From: Candidatus Scatovivens sp.
GTDB taxonomy: Bacteria; Bacillota; Clostridia; TANB77; CAG-508
Direction: 5' to 3'
NCBI GenBank assembly: GCA_045646345.1
Contig: JAZRKN010000005.1
Coordinates: 1 to 64,000 of the forward strand
DNA: 64,000 bases
Positions within the stretch are counted from its first letter, which is position 1, and each line of letters begins with the position of its first letter. Positions 8,945-19,529 of this stretch are shown here, in pieces. Both the position numbers and the translations under genes were made by a program. The notes beneath the pieces are model-generated. The model searched no databases. It saw nothing but the letters and a program-made list of their open reading frames with translations, and was not told the DNA's origin.

Positions 8945-9526
8945 ATGTTTAAAGTAGGAGATAAAATAGTATACCCAATGCACGGAGCAGGAGTAATTGA
9001 AACAATAGAAGAAAGAGCTATATTAGATGAAAAACAATCTTACTATATAATAAAAATGCCTGGTGAAGTAAAGGTTATGGTACCTACAGCAAAAGCAGAA
9101 GAAATAGGAGTACGTAATATAATAGACAAAGAAACAGCCGGAAAAGTAATTAATGTTTTAGAACAAGATAGTACTGAAATGTCTATGAAATGGAACAAAA
9201 GATATAGAGATAATGTTGAAAAAATGAAATCTGGAGATATTTTTGAAGTAGCAGACATAGTAAGAAATTTAAGTTTTAAACAAAAAGACAAAGGATTATC
9301 AACAACAGAAAAGAAAATGTTACTAAATGCAAAACAAATTCTTGTAAGTGAATTAGTTTTAGCAGAAAGTAAAGGGAAAGAAGAAGTAGAAGAGTTAGTT
9401 GAAAACAAAATAAACATGTCTTACGAATTGCATGGTATTGGTTCTACAGAAGAATTACAAAAAGCTGTAGGGATGCCAGAAGAAAGTACAGATAATATTG
9501 TAAAGAAATTTATTTCAGCAAATTAG
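8945..9526 (+). CDS. carD: CarD family transcription regulator
   Basis: MFKVGDKIVYPMHGAG; perfect promoter TTGACT-17-TATAAT upstream. Confidence 0.92.
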   Translation: MFKVGDKIVYPMHGAGVIETIEERAILDEKQSYYIIKMPGEVKVMVPTAKAEEIGVRNIIDKETAGKVINVLEQDSTEMSMKWNKRYRDNVEKMKSGDIFEVADIVRNLSFKQKDKGLSTTEKKMLLNAKQILVSELVLAESKGKEEVEELVENKINMSYELHGIGSTEELQKAVGMPEESTDNIVKKFISAN

Positions 9527-9607
9527 TAAAAAACGAAAAAGATTATATAGTAAATATATAATCTTTTTTTGACGATTAAAGAAAAATAAAATGATTTACA
9601 TAAAAAT

Positions 9608-9634
9608 AAAGGATTTGAAAAATCTATGTCGAAT
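9608..9634 (+). promoter_or_regulatory. Sigma-H-type promoter of dnaG-sigA with overlapping Spo0A-box-like TGTCGAA
   Basis: AAAGGATTT...GAAT; TGTCGAA at 9627..9633. Confidence 0.55.
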
Positions 9635-9656
9635 AATATAAAAGAAAGGTTAAAAA

Positions 9657-11441
9657 ATGGTTCAATATACTGATGAATTAAAAGAGGAAATAAGATCAGC
9701 AAATGATATTGTTGATGTTATATCTCAATATGTAACTTTAAAAAGAAGTGGTAGAAACTTTTTTGGATTATGTCCGTTCCACAAAGAAAAATCACCTTCT
9801 TTTTCTGTTTCTGCTGACAGACAATATTTCCATTGTTTTGGATGTCATAAAGGCGGAGATGTTTTTACGTTCGTTAGTGAAATTGAAAGAATATCATTTA
9901 GAGAATCATTAGAATTTTTAGCAGAAAGAGCTAGAATTTCATTACCAACTGTGGAAAATTCAGAATTTAATAAAACTCAATATTTAAAAGACAGAATGAT
10001 AAAAATAAATGCTGAAACAGCAATCTTTTACCACGAGAGGTTATATAAACCACTTGCAAAGATTGCACAAGACTATGTAAAACAAAGAAAATTAGATAAT
10101 AATACTTTGAAAGCTTTTAAAATTGGATATTCAGGTGAATATAATGAATTATATAAATTATTAAAAGCCAAAGGATTTAAAGACGAAGAAATTTTAGCAA
10201 CAGGTCTTGTAAATAAAACTGAAAAAGGCGAGTACATAGATAGATTTAGGAAAAGATTAATGTTTCCTATAATGGATGTTAGTGGACGAGTTATAGCTTT
10301 TGGTGGTAGAAAATTAGACAACAATGAAAAGATGGCTAAATATATAAATTCTAATGAAAACTTAGTTTATTCAAAGAAAAAGCATTTGTTTGCATTAAAT
10401 CTTGCAAAACAATCTGATTCTAAAAAGATAATTTTAGTTGAAGGATATATGGATGCTATCTCACTGTATCAAAGAGGATTTAATAATGTAGTTGCGTCAC
10501 TTGGAACAGCCTTGACCGAAGAACAAGGAAGATTATTAAGAAAATATTGTGAGCAAGTTATATTAAGTTATGATTCTGACGGTGCAGGACAAGAAGCAAT
10601 AATGAGAGGATTAGGAATTTTAGAAAATCAAGGTTGCGATGCGAGAGTTGTGCAAATGGAAGGTGCAAAGGATCCAGACGAATATGTTGTAAAATATGGA
10701 AGTGGCAGATTTAATTTGCTTGTAGAAAATGCAATTTCTTTGGTTGAATTCAAAATCAAAATGATAAAAAATAAATACAACCTTGAAAATGCTAATGATA
10801 AAATAAGATTCTTGAAAGAAATTACTAAAGTTATTTCTAATGTGGATAATAAAATAGAAAGAGAAATCTATATTGGAAAAGTTGCTGAAAATTATAACAT
10901 TTCAAAAGAAGCGATTTATGCTGAAGTAAACAAAGAAAGTTATAATAATAAAGCAAATGAAAAGACTTTAACCAAACCAGCTGTAAAGCAAGAAAAAGTA
11001 ATTGAAATAAGTCCAGCAATAATAAAACGTGAAAATATGATTATCTATTTGTTAATAAATCATTTTAGAGAATCATTTGAAGCGATAGTGACAAACATTA
11101 CTTTAGAAGATTTTAAGTTAGATGCTAATAAATTTATTTTTGAAAAAATATTAGAATCTCCGGCTGAAGAAAGCGAAAAAATATTACAAACAATTGCAAA
11201 TATTGAAGATCCAGAAATACAATCTCATGTTAGTGAAATTTTAGTAACTGATTATGAAATAAGTTCTTTAGAAAAATGCATAGAAGATGTTGTAAATATT
11301 TATAATAAAGAGAGATTAACAAATAGAAAATTTGAAATAATAAAAGAATTAGAAAATTCAGCTAATTTAACTAAAGAGGAAATAGCTAGATTAGAACAAG
11401 AATTAAGTGAAATAATAATAGAATTAGCTAAGAGAAAGTAG
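9657..11441 (+). CDS. dnaG: DNA primase
   Basis: CPFH..CFGC zinc finger; TOPRIM EGYMD and YDSDGAG. Confidence 0.97.
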   Translation: MVQYTDELKEEIRSANDIVDVISQYVTLKRSGRNFFGLCPFHKEKSPSFSVSADRQYFHCFGCHKGGDVFTFVSEIERISFRESLEFLAERARISLPTVENSEFNKTQYLKDRMIKINAETAIFYHERLYKPLAKIAQDYVKQRKLDNNTLKAFKIGYSGEYNELYKLLKAKGFKDEEILATGLVNKTEKGEYIDRFRKRLMFPIMDVSGRVIAFGGRKLDNNEKMAKYINSNENLVYSKKKHLFALNLAKQSDSKKIILVEGYMDAISLYQRGFNNVVASLGTALTEEQGRLLRKYCEQVILSYDSDGAGQEAIMRGLGILENQGCDARVVQMEGAKDPDEYVVKYGSGRFNLLVENAISLVEFKIKMIKNKYNLENANDKIRFLKEITKVISNVDNKIEREIYIGKVAENYNISKEAIYAEVNKESYNNKANEKTLTKPAVKQEKVIEISPAIIKRENMIIYLLINHFRESFEAIVTNITLEDFKLDANKFIFEKILESPAEESEKILQTIANIEDPEIQSHVSEILVTDYEISSLEKCIEDVVNIYNKERLTNRKFEIIKELENSANLTKEEIARLEQELSEIIIELAKRK

Positions 11442-11457
11442 GAGGTAGTTTTAAAAA

Positions 11458-12813
11458 ATGAAAAAAACAGAAAAAGAGCAAGTTGAAGAATTAGAAGCAA
11501 AAAAACCTACAACAAAGAAAAAAACAACAAAAACAGAAGAAATAGATACAAAAACTGAAAAGGTTGAAAAAACAAAAAGAACAAAAAAAGCAAACAAAGA
11601 AGAAGAGCAAATGCAAATTACAGAAAATGCTGATGTAGCAGAAGTTGCTGAAGAAATAAAAGAAGATGCGAAAGAAACGAAAAAAGCATCAAAAGTAAAA
11701 GAAGAGAAAAAAGAAGAACATCAAGAAGAAAATGAAAAAGATAAGATTCAAAAAATAGTAAGTACTGCAAAAGCAAAGGGAAAAATTACTTATGGAGAAT
11801 TAGCTTTAGAACTTGGTGAAGCAAATCCAGAACAAATCGATAAAGTTTTTGAAGCATTTGAAGAAATAGGTGTAAACGTTTTAAAAGATGACGACGATTT
11901 ATTAGAACCAGACTTAGATGATTTAAAAGAAGTTGAAGATATTAGACTTGAAGAATTAGATATGAATAACGCTATAGAAGGTGTTAGCATAGATGATCCT
12001 GTTAGAATGTATTTAAGAGAAATCGGTAGAATACCACTTCTTACTTTTGAAGAAGAATTAGAACTTGCTAAAAAAGTTTTAGAAGGTGATGAAGAATCAA
12101 AACAAAAATTAGCTGAATCTAACTTAAGACTTGTTGTAAGTATAGCTAAAAAATATGTTGGTAGAGGAATGTTATTCTTAGACTTAATACAAGAAGGAAA
12201 CATGGGATTAATAAAAGCTGTAGAAAAATTCGATTATAATAAAGGATTTAAATTCAGTACTTATGCAACATGGTGGATAAGACAAGCCATAACAAGAGCT
12301 ATAGCAGACCAAGCTAGAACAATAAGAATACCAGTACACATGGTAGAAACAATAAATAAATTAATTCGTACATCTAGACATTTACTTCAAATGTTAGGAA
12401 GAGAACCTAGTCCAGAAGAAATAGCTGAAGAAATGGAAATACCAGTAGAAAAAGTAATGGTAATTCAAAAAATTGCTCAAGATCCAGTATCATTAGAAAC
12501 TCCAATTGGTGAAGAAGATGATAGCCACTTAGGTGATTTTATTCCAGACGATGAATCTCCAGCTCCACACGATTCAGCTGCATATACATTATTAAAAGAA
12601 CAATTAGAAGAAGTAATGGCTACATTAACTCCAAGAGAAGCTAAAGTTTTAAAATTAAGATTTGGTTTAGAAGATGGAAAAGCTAGAACTCTTGAAGAAG
12701 TTGGTAAAGAATTTCAAGTAACTCGTGAAAGAATTAGACAAATTGAAGCTAAGGCATTAAGAAAATTAAGACATCCAAGTAGAAGTAAAAGATTAAAAGA
12801 TTACATGAGTTAA
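11458..12813 (+). CDS. sigA: Primary sigma factor with Lys/Glu-rich N-terminal extension
   Basis: [48 protein letters not shown]. Confidence 0.97.
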   Translation: MKKTEKEQVEELEAKKPTTKKKTTKTEEIDTKTEKVEKTKRTKKANKEEEQMQITENADVAEVAEEIKEDAKETKKASKVKEEKKEEHQEENEKDKIQKIVSTAKAKGKITYGELALELGEANPEQIDKVFEAFEEIGVNVLKDDDDLLEPDLDDLKEVEDIRLEELDMNNAIEGVSIDDPVRMYLREIGRIPLLTFEEELELAKKVLEGDEESKQKLAESNLRLVVSIAKKYVGRGMLFLDLIQEGNMGLIKAVEKFDYNKGFKFSTYATWWIRQAITRAIADQARTIRIPVHMVETINKLIRTSRHLLQMLGREPSPEEIAEEMEIPVEKVMVIQKIAQDPVSLETPIGEEDDSHLGDFIPDDESPAPHDSAAYTLLKEQLEEVMATLTPREAKVLKLRFGLEDGKARTLEEVGKEFQVTRERIRQIEAKALRKLRHPSRSKRLKDYMS

Positions 12814-12967
12814 TAAAAAAGTGAAAAAATGTTAGATTTTATCGAAATTATGTAAATTATTTTTTAAAAAAGCCTTGATTTTTAAGGCTTTTTTTGCTAT
12901 AATGTAATTGAAATATTTTATTTTGTTATAAGAGAGGTGAGAACTAGGCCAAAAGCTTAGAGTAATT

Positions 12968-13291
12968 ATGAGTTATTTAGAAGCTGTTAAAAATTTTTTT
13001 GGAAGACCAGAACAAACATATGTGCAAGAAAATAGTTGGGAATCTTTAAAAGAAGCTGTTGCAATGGCGATTAAAGGAAAATTAATTACTGTTGAAGAAT
13101 CTTTACAATTACTTGCTGCTCGTAAAAAAATGGAGTCTGATTCAAGAGCGTTTGAAAAGAGAATTGAAAAATCAATTGCTTTAGATTCTAAAGATGGTGG
13201 AAGAGTAGACCCAGCTCAAGTGCATGAGGTTCAAGTTCCAGGTAGAGAAGAAAAAAGTAGAGTTGTTGAAGATAGAACTAGAGATGAATAA
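12968..13291 (+). CDS. Hypothetical protein
   Basis: 107-aa ORF; promoter TTGATT-17-TATAAT at 12875..12903; terminator at about 13323..13354. Confidence 0.7.
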   Translation: MSYLEAVKNFFGRPEQTYVQENSWESLKEAVAMAIKGKLITVEESLQLLAARKKMESDSRAFEKRIEKSIALDSKDGGRVDPAQVHEVQVPGREEKSRVVEDRTRDE

Positions 13292-13410
13292 ATAGATAAT
13301 CTTCAAAGTTAAACTAAATCTAAAAAAGATAAGTTGTAAAACTTATCTTTTTTTGTATGTAATTGTAAAAAAATCCTTGACAAACCTATGGTTTCGTGTT
13401 AAAATCTAAT

Positions 13411-13495
13411 ACTGTAAACTGCTTAGCTAGGGTCTCTAAATACTATTTTTTATAATAGTTACCCAAGTTGGAAGTTAGCGAGTATACGAAAAGGG
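13411..13495 (+). ncRNA. L21 leader-like structured 5' UTR (putative)
   Basis: Between TTGACA-17-TAAAAT promoter and rplU; locally GC-richer, ends ...GCGAGT before SD. Confidence 0.4.
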
Positions 13496-13508
13496 AGGTG
13501 CATTTTAA

Positions 13509-13868
13509 ATGTACGCAATAATTGAAGCATGTGGCAGACAATACAAAGTACAAGAAGGAGAAGCTGTATATTTTGAAAAATTAGATACTGAAGAAGGAAA
13601 AAAAGTTTCTTTTGATAAAGTTGTTTTATTATCTAATGATGGAAAAGTACAAGTAGGAAATCCTTATGTAGCTAATGCCAAAGTAGAAGGAAAAGTTATT
13701 TCTCACGGTAGAGGTAAAAAAGTTCTAGTTTTCAAATACAAACCTAAAAAGAATGAAAGAAAAACTAGAGGACACAGACAAGATTACACTAAAGTAGAAA
13801 TTACTTCAATTAAAGTTAAAGCTGAAAAAGCTGAAAAGACAGAAAAAGCTGAAAAAGCAGCTAAATAA
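13509..13868 (+). CDS. rplU: 50S ribosomal protein L21
   Basis: [14 protein letters not shown]...GHRQDYT; short KAE-repeat tail. Confidence 0.96.
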   Translation: MYAIIEACGRQYKVQEGEAVYFEKLDTEEGKKVSFDKVVLLSNDGKVQVGNPYVANAKVEGKVISHGRGKKVLVFKYKPKKNERKTRGHRQDYTKVEITSIKVKAEKAEKTEKAEKAAK

Positions 13869-13929
13869 TTATATCGAAATAATTTGATAGATATAAATGA
13901 AATTATAAAGCGAAAGGAGTGAATCTTTC

Positions 13930-14187
13930 ATGGCACACAAAAAAGGTCAAGGTAGTGTTAAGAACGGAAGAGATAGTGAGTCAAAAAGACTTGGTGTTAA
14001 AAAATCTGATGGACAAATCGTTAAAGCTGGAAATATCTTAGTAAGACAAAGAGGAACTAATGTACACCCAGGAACAAACGTTGGAATCGGAAGCGATGAC
14101 ACTTTATTTGCTTTAGTAGATGGAACAGTTAAATTTGAAAGAAAAGGTAAAGATAAAAAACAAGTAAGTGTTTATCCAGCAGAGTAA
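13930..14187 (+). CDS. rpmA: 50S ribosomal protein L27 without N-terminal pro-peptide
   Basis: [16 protein letters not shown]. Confidence 0.97.
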   Translation: MAHKKGQGSVKNGRDSESKRLGVKKSDGQIVKAGNILVRQRGTNVHPGTNVGIGSDDTLFALVDGTVKFERKGKDKKQVSVYPAE

Positions 14188-14371
14188 ATAAGATAAAAGA
14201 AGTGATTGAAAAATCACTTCTTTTTTGTTTTTAGAGAAAAATTGGGTTATACAAGTGAATAAGTATTTATGAAAAAATTGTAAAAAAATAGTTTTTTTTA
14301 CAAAAGGGTTTGAAAAAAATATGTATATATGATTTAATAGTTATATAATTTTACAAAAGGAGAGAAAGCAT

Positions 14372-15496
14372 ATGGGAGGTAAATTATCACCTTTAATAAT
14401 TATTGTTTTAATTGCGGTTTTAATAGGAGTTGGAGCTTTTGCTGTTAAATTATTTAGTGGGGATAGCTCTGGAAATAAACCAGGAGAGCAAACAGGAGTT
14501 GTAGAACAATTGGATGATGCAAAACCTGTAGTAATTTTAGAGAAAAAAGTTAATAATGAAGGAAAAGACGTAAAAGTAGAAATACATGTATTAGCTACAC
14601 TTGAATCTGAAACAGATTATGTTGAAGAAATAATTCTTCCAGATGAAAGTAGAGTAACTGGTGATACAGTAATAGTAACAGCTGAAAATAATGGTATTTA
14701 TGAATTTACTGCAGTTACAGCAGGTGGAAAGAAAAAAACAGAATCAATTGAAGTAACTGAAATAAATGAAAGATCAGCAACAAATCCTTATGTACCAGAA
14801 GGGTTTGAAGTAACACATAATGTTGTAGATGAAGGATATACAATAGAAGATAAATATGGTAACGAATATGTTTGGGTTCCAGTACCAAATGGAAAATTAA
14901 CAAGAAATACAATGTTAAGTACTGATTATGAAGAATCAGCAAGTACAGCATCAGCATTAGTAAACAGTGTTGCTAAATATTACGGATTTTATATAGGAAA
15001 ATATGAAGCATCTCAATATGAAATCGATGGACAAGTAGCAGCTGCAACTATGGCTGGAAAACAACCTTGGACAAATGTTACTTATTTAAATGCAGCAGAA
15101 CATGCAAATAATGCAGATTCATTATTTAGATACACAGATTGTACAACAGCTTTATTAAACAGTTATGCTTGGGATACAGCAGTTGCATGGATTGATAAAT
15201 CTATTTTAAATTATTCTTCAAGTATAAACTACGGAAACTATAGCGATACAATATATCCAACAGGATATACAGATACAGATTTTGTAAATAATATTTGTGA
15301 TATAGCTGGAAATGTTAGAGAATGGACAACAGAAATTTATAAATCTGTAGAACCAGAAAATAATGAAGATAACGTTATTCATAGAATTGTACGTGGAGGA
15401 AGTGCTAATTTAAGTAGAACTCCTGCAAGTCATATTTATTATCCAGAAAACACATCAGATAATTATTGGGGATTCAGAGTAATATTATATAAATAA
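14372..15496 (+). CDS. Membrane-anchored FGE-sulfatase/C-type-lectin-fold surface protein
   Basis: N-terminal TM; GNEYVWVPV, FYIGKYE, DIAGNVREW, RGGS and GFR motifs. Confidence 0.75.
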   Translation: MGGKLSPLIIIVLIAVLIGVGAFAVKLFSGDSSGNKPGEQTGVVEQLDDAKPVVILEKKVNNEGKDVKVEIHVLATLESETDYVEEIILPDESRVTGDTVIVTAENNGIYEFTAVTAGGKKKTESIEVTEINERSATNPYVPEGFEVTHNVVDEGYTIEDKYGNEYVWVPVPNGKLTRNTMLSTDYEESASTASALVNSVAKYYGFYIGKYEASQYEIDGQVAAATMAGKQPWTNVTYLNAAEHANNADSLFRYTDCTTALLNSYAWDTAVAWIDKSILNYSSSINYGNYSDTIYPTGYTDTDFVNNICDIAGNVREWTTEIYKSVEPENNEDNVIHRIVRGGSANLSRTPASHIYYPENTSDNYWGFRVILYK

Positions 15497-15668
15497 AAAA
15501 TAAAAGAAATCTAGGTTTTCTAGATTTCTTTTTTTATATTAAAAACATATAAAAAATGTGTTTTTTTATATGACAAAAAACCAAAATTTTCTTACGGGTA
15601 TATTGAAAAAGGCGAATGAATATTATATAATGTATCCACATATGTGATATAAAGAGGGGAAATGTATT

Positions 15669-17417
15669 ATGGCAAATAAGTATAGAACTCATAATTGTGG
15701 AGAATTAAGAATTACAGACTGCGGAAAAGAAGTAAGACTTGCAGGATTTGTACAAACAATTAGAAATTTAGGTAAAATGGTTTTCATTGATTTAAGAGAT
15801 GAAAACGGAATTACACAAATTGTAGTTTCAGAAAATATAGAATTAAAAGATGTTACAAAAGAATGTACAATTACAGTAACAGGTGAGGTTGTTGAAAGAG
15901 CAAGCAAAAATGATAAAATTCCAACTGGAGAAATTGAAATTGTTGCAAAAGAAATAACAGTACTTGGAAAATGTAGAAATTCATTACCTTTTGAAATAAA
16001 TGTAGAAGGTCAAACTGTAAGAGAAGATTTAAGATTAGAATATAGATTTTTAGATTTAAGAAATGAAAAAATTCATAATAATATAAAATTACGTTCAAAA
16101 ATATTAAAGAACTTTAGGGATACAATGGATGAACTTGAATTTACAGAGGTTCAAACACCAATTTTAGCAAATTCATCACCAGAAGGAGCAAGAGACTTTT
16201 TAGTACCAAGTAGATTACATCCAGGAGAATTTTATGCGCTTCCACAAGCACCACAACAATTTAAACAATTGTTAATGGTATCTGGATTTAACAAATATTA
16301 TCAAATCGCCCCTTGTTTTAGAGACGAAGATCCTAGAGCAGATCGTTCACCAGGAGAATTCTACCAATTAGACTTTGAAATGAGTTTTGCAACACAAGAA
16401 GATGTTTTCAAAACAATAGAAACTGTTCTTCCTAAAGTATTTAAAGAAAATACAGATTGGAAAGTTGATGAAGCACCATTTATAAGAATTCCTTATAAAG
16501 AAGCTATGGAAAAATATGGTTCAGACAAACCAGATTTAAGAAACCCATTAACAATTTCTGATTTAACAGATATATTTGAAGGAACAGAATTTAACGCATT
16601 TAAAGATAAAACAGTAAAAGCTATAGTAACAGAAAATATGGAAGAAAAACCAAGAAAATTCTTTGATGCAATGAGTGAATTTGCAGTTACTGAATTAGAT
16701 GCTAAAGGTCTAGCTTGGGTTAAAGTAGATAGTGAAGGAAATCTAAATGGTGGAATTAGTAAATTTATAGATGACGAAAGAAAGGCAAAGATTTTTGAAA
16801 GAATGAATGTAAAACCTGGTTCTGCAATTTTCTTCGTTGCAGATGAACTTGCAAAAGCTGTAAAAATTGCAGGTGGGGTAAGAATTAAACTAGGAAATGA
16901 ACTAGATTTATTAGAAAAAGATGTTTATAGATTCTGCTTTATAGTTGATTTTCCTATGTATGAGTTGTCTGATGAAGGAACAATAGATTTCAACCATAAC
17001 CCATTCTCAATGCCACAAGGTGGATTAGAGGCATTAAATACAAAGGATCCATTAGATATTTATGCATATCAATATGACGCTGTATGTAATGGTTACGAAA
17101 TTTTATCTGGTGCTGTAAGAAACCACGATCAAGATATAATGGTTAAAGCATTTGAGATAGCAGGTTATACTGTTGAAGACGTAAAAGGAAAATTCGGAGC
17201 TTTATTTAATGCATTCAGCTATGGTACACCACCACATGCTGGAGCTGCTGCAGGAATAGATAGAATTATAATGCTTTTATCTAAAGAAGATAGTATTAGA
17301 GAAGTTATTGCATTCCCTAAAAATAAAAAAGCAAGAGATCTTTTAATGAATGCGCCTTCAAAAGTATTTGATAAGCAATTAGAAGAAGTTCATATAAAAT
17401 TAAATTTAGAAAATTAA
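15669..17417 (+). CDS. aspS: Aspartyl-tRNA synthetase
   Basis: YRTHNCGEL, PQAPQQFKQLLM, CFRDED, PPHAG...GIDR. Confidence 0.96.
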   Translation: MANKYRTHNCGELRITDCGKEVRLAGFVQTIRNLGKMVFIDLRDENGITQIVVSENIELKDVTKECTITVTGEVVERASKNDKIPTGEIEIVAKEITVLGKCRNSLPFEINVEGQTVREDLRLEYRFLDLRNEKIHNNIKLRSKILKNFRDTMDELEFTEVQTPILANSSPEGARDFLVPSRLHPGEFYALPQAPQQFKQLLMVSGFNKYYQIAPCFRDEDPRADRSPGEFYQLDFEMSFATQEDVFKTIETVLPKVFKENTDWKVDEAPFIRIPYKEAMEKYGSDKPDLRNPLTISDLTDIFEGTEFNAFKDKTVKAIVTENMEEKPRKFFDAMSEFAVTELDAKGLAWVKVDSEGNLNGGISKFIDDERKAKIFERMNVKPGSAIFFVADELAKAVKIAGGVRIKLGNELDLLEKDVYRFCFIVDFPMYELSDEGTIDFNHNPFSMPQGGLEALNTKDPLDIYAYQYDAVCNGYEILSGAVRNHDQDIMVKAFEIAGYTVEDVKGKFGALFNAFSYGTPPHAGAAAGIDRIIMLLSKEDSIREVIAFPKNKKARDLLMNAPSKVFDKQLEEVHIKLNLEN

Positions 17418-17435
17418 TTATAAAAGAGGTTTTTT

Positions 17436-18827
17436 ATGAGTAAAGTAAGAAAAATATCTATAATTACTATACTTTTATGGTGCTTTTTACTAGGGGCTTG
17501 TTATGCGACTACAGCTACAGTTGATGTGTCTGCAGCAAGACTAAGAGCTGAAGCTAATGCAACTTCTAATGTATTAACTAACATCTATAAAGGTGAAAAA
17601 GTTGAAATATTAGAAAAAGATGGCGAATGGTATAAAGTTAAATATAAAAGTTCTGTAGGATATTTGAAAAACAATTTAATAAAAGAAGATTCAAATGAAC
17701 CAGTAAAGGAAAATAAAGAAGAATCAAAAACAGTAGAAAATATTCAAAATATGCCTGTAGATTCTTCTAAAGTAAAAGTTAATGCTGATGTAAAAGTGAG
17801 ATTTGTACCAAATCTTACTTCATCTGCAATAATGAATGCTACAGCAGGAAAAGAATTTACCAAACTTGCTGAAGTGGGGAATTGGATTCAAATAACTGAT
17901 GGAGTGGCATCAGGTTGGATTTTGAAAACTAAAATAGTAACAGAAAATCAAACTGTGGATTCTTCGAATTTTGAAAATAATAAAGAAGAAAATAAAATAA
18001 ATGAGAATAAAGTTGTAGAAAATAAAGTAGATAAAACTCAAAACAAAGTAACAAATACGGTTAAAAATACTAATAAGGTCTCAGAAAATAAAGTAAAAGA
18101 AAATAATACAAAACCAAATACAACTTCTACTCCAGTTAATAAAACGGGTGTTGTAAATGTAGAAACAGCCAAAGTAAGATCAAGTGCTGATAAAACAGCA
18201 AAAGTTTTAGGATTTTTAGATTATAATGATAAAATAACTATAACTGCAGAAGAAGGAGAATGGTATAAATTTACAGAAAAAGATATTTCTGGATATGTAC
18301 ATAAAACTCTAGTTACTGTTAAAGGTGAAGAAGAAATAAGTTCAAGAAATCTAGAGGAAGAAAGAAATAAAAAAGATGAAACTGTAGCAAATAAAACTGT
18401 AAATGAAAGTAGTAATAATGCTTTGCAAGCAGAAAATATAACAAGTAAAAATGGTCAAAGTGTTGTAGATTATGCAAAACAATATATAGGATATCCATAT
18501 GTTGTTGGAGGGAAAAATCCATCTACAGGATTTGATTGCTCAGGATTTACAAGGTATGTATTTTTAAATTATGGATACAGTTTAGGAGCAACTGCAGCAA
18601 GTCAAAATAACATTGGTAGAGATGTATCAAGAGAAGAACTACAACCAGGTGATTTATTGTTATTCTATGATGAAGGGAAAACAAAGATTGGTCATACTGG
18701 TATATATATTTCAAATGGGGATTTTGTACATGCAGCAAATCCAAAAAGAGGAGTTGTTACGGATAATTTAAATACAAGCAAATACTACAATGAACGTTTT
18801 ATAACAGCAAAAAGAATTGTTGAATAA
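17436..18827 (+). CDS. Secreted SH3b-domain NlpC/P60 cell-wall hydrolase
   Basis: Signal peptide, three SH3b-like repeats, GFDCSGF...HTGIY...HA. Confidence 0.9.
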   Translation: MSKVRKISIITILLWCFLLGACYATTATVDVSAARLRAEANATSNVLTNIYKGEKVEILEKDGEWYKVKYKSSVGYLKNNLIKEDSNEPVKENKEESKTVENIQNMPVDSSKVKVNADVKVRFVPNLTSSAIMNATAGKEFTKLAEVGNWIQITDGVASGWILKTKIVTENQTVDSSNFENNKEENKINENKVVENKVDKTQNKVTNTVKNTNKVSENKVKENNTKPNTTSTPVNKTGVVNVETAKVRSSADKTAKVLGFLDYNDKITITAEEGEWYKFTEKDISGYVHKTLVTVKGEEEISSRNLEEERNKKDETVANKTVNESSNNALQAENITSKNGQSVVDYAKQYIGYPYVVGGKNPSTGFDCSGFTRYVFLNYGYSLGATAASQNNIGRDVSREELQPGDLLLFYDEGKTKIGHTGIYISNGDFVHAANPKRGVVTDNLNTSKYYNERFITAKRIVE

Positions 18828-18931
18828 AAGTAAAAAAGGAAGCTATATTAAAAAATATAGCTTCTTTTTGTTTTTATAAAAATATAGAATAAATACAGGA
18901 AAATTTTGCATACTACATATAGGTGATTAGT

Positions 18932-19480
18932 ATGAAAAGAATTTTAAATTATGGTATATTATTGTTTATTTTTTCAATAGGAACAGGATACTTTTATTCT
19001 AGTTTATGGAAAAATGAGCATATGTCAAAAGAGAATATTATGGCAGAAGATAATAAAGTCCAAGAAACATATGTGTTTGAAGAAAAGGTTGCGTTTGATG
19101 CTGAACTTTCTTTAAAGAAATATTATAATGAATGTGGGCATTGTAAAGTAAATCAAGTAGAGCTTCCGAAAGAATTTATAAATCTAACAGAAAAAGAAAT
19201 CGAAGAAATTTATTCAGATTGGAGAGTAGAATCTTTTGATAGTAAAGAAATTATTTTAGGACAAAATATTGATTCTATGTGTGATGAACATTTTGTTTTG
19301 AGGTTAGGGAAAGATAATGTAGAAATTTATAGAATGGAAGAATTTGATGATTTTAGATTATTAAAAACTACAAATATAACAAGAGAGTATCTAACTCCAA
19401 CTGATATATTAAATCTAGAAGAGGGGATATTTATATATGGAAGTGGAAATCTAAATTCTGCTCTAGAAGATTTTGAATAA
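18932..19480 (+). CDS. bofC: BofC C-terminal domain protein
   Basis: Y..CGH, L.EGI....LEDFE pattern; sigma-G/F-like promoter GAATA...CATACTA at 18887..18915. Confidence 0.7.
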   Translation: MKRILNYGILLFIFSIGTGYFYSSLWKNEHMSKENIMAEDNKVQETYVFEEKVAFDAELSLKKYYNECGHCKVNQVELPKEFINLTEKEIEEIYSDWRVESFDSKEIILGQNIDSMCDEHFVLRLGKDNVEIYRMEEFDDFRLLKTTNITREYLTPTDILNLEEGIFIYGSGNLNSALEDFE

Positions 19481-19501
19481 AATAAAAAAGAGGCTATTTT
19501 T

Positions 19502-19529
19502 TGAAGTGAACCATAGATAGTTCACTTCA
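19502..19529. repeat. Short TG...CA inverted repeat, possible IS3-family end remnant, nested in a bidirectional terminator
   Basis: TGAAGTGAAC-8bp-GTTCACTTCA. Confidence 0.4.

Noticed and set aside
9043-12203. Minus-strand ORFs within carD, dnaG and sigA (and similar ones inside aspS, pdp, hyd, pepF and the kinase)
   Set aside because: Antisense shadows of well-conserved genes, with no SD or recognisable motifs.
12937-12967. GTG-started frame that would join ORF 12968 by a +1 shift at AGG
   Set aside because: No properly spaced SD for the GTG, and AGG is used in frame as Arg elsewhere (for example in sigG).
13919-13929. GTGAATCTT (MNL) as a relic of the L27 pro-peptide
   Set aside because: Out of frame, overlaps the SD, and too short to support.
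15390-15496. Complete diversity-generating retroelement
   Set aside because: No template repeat, reverse transcriptase or accessory gene in the window.
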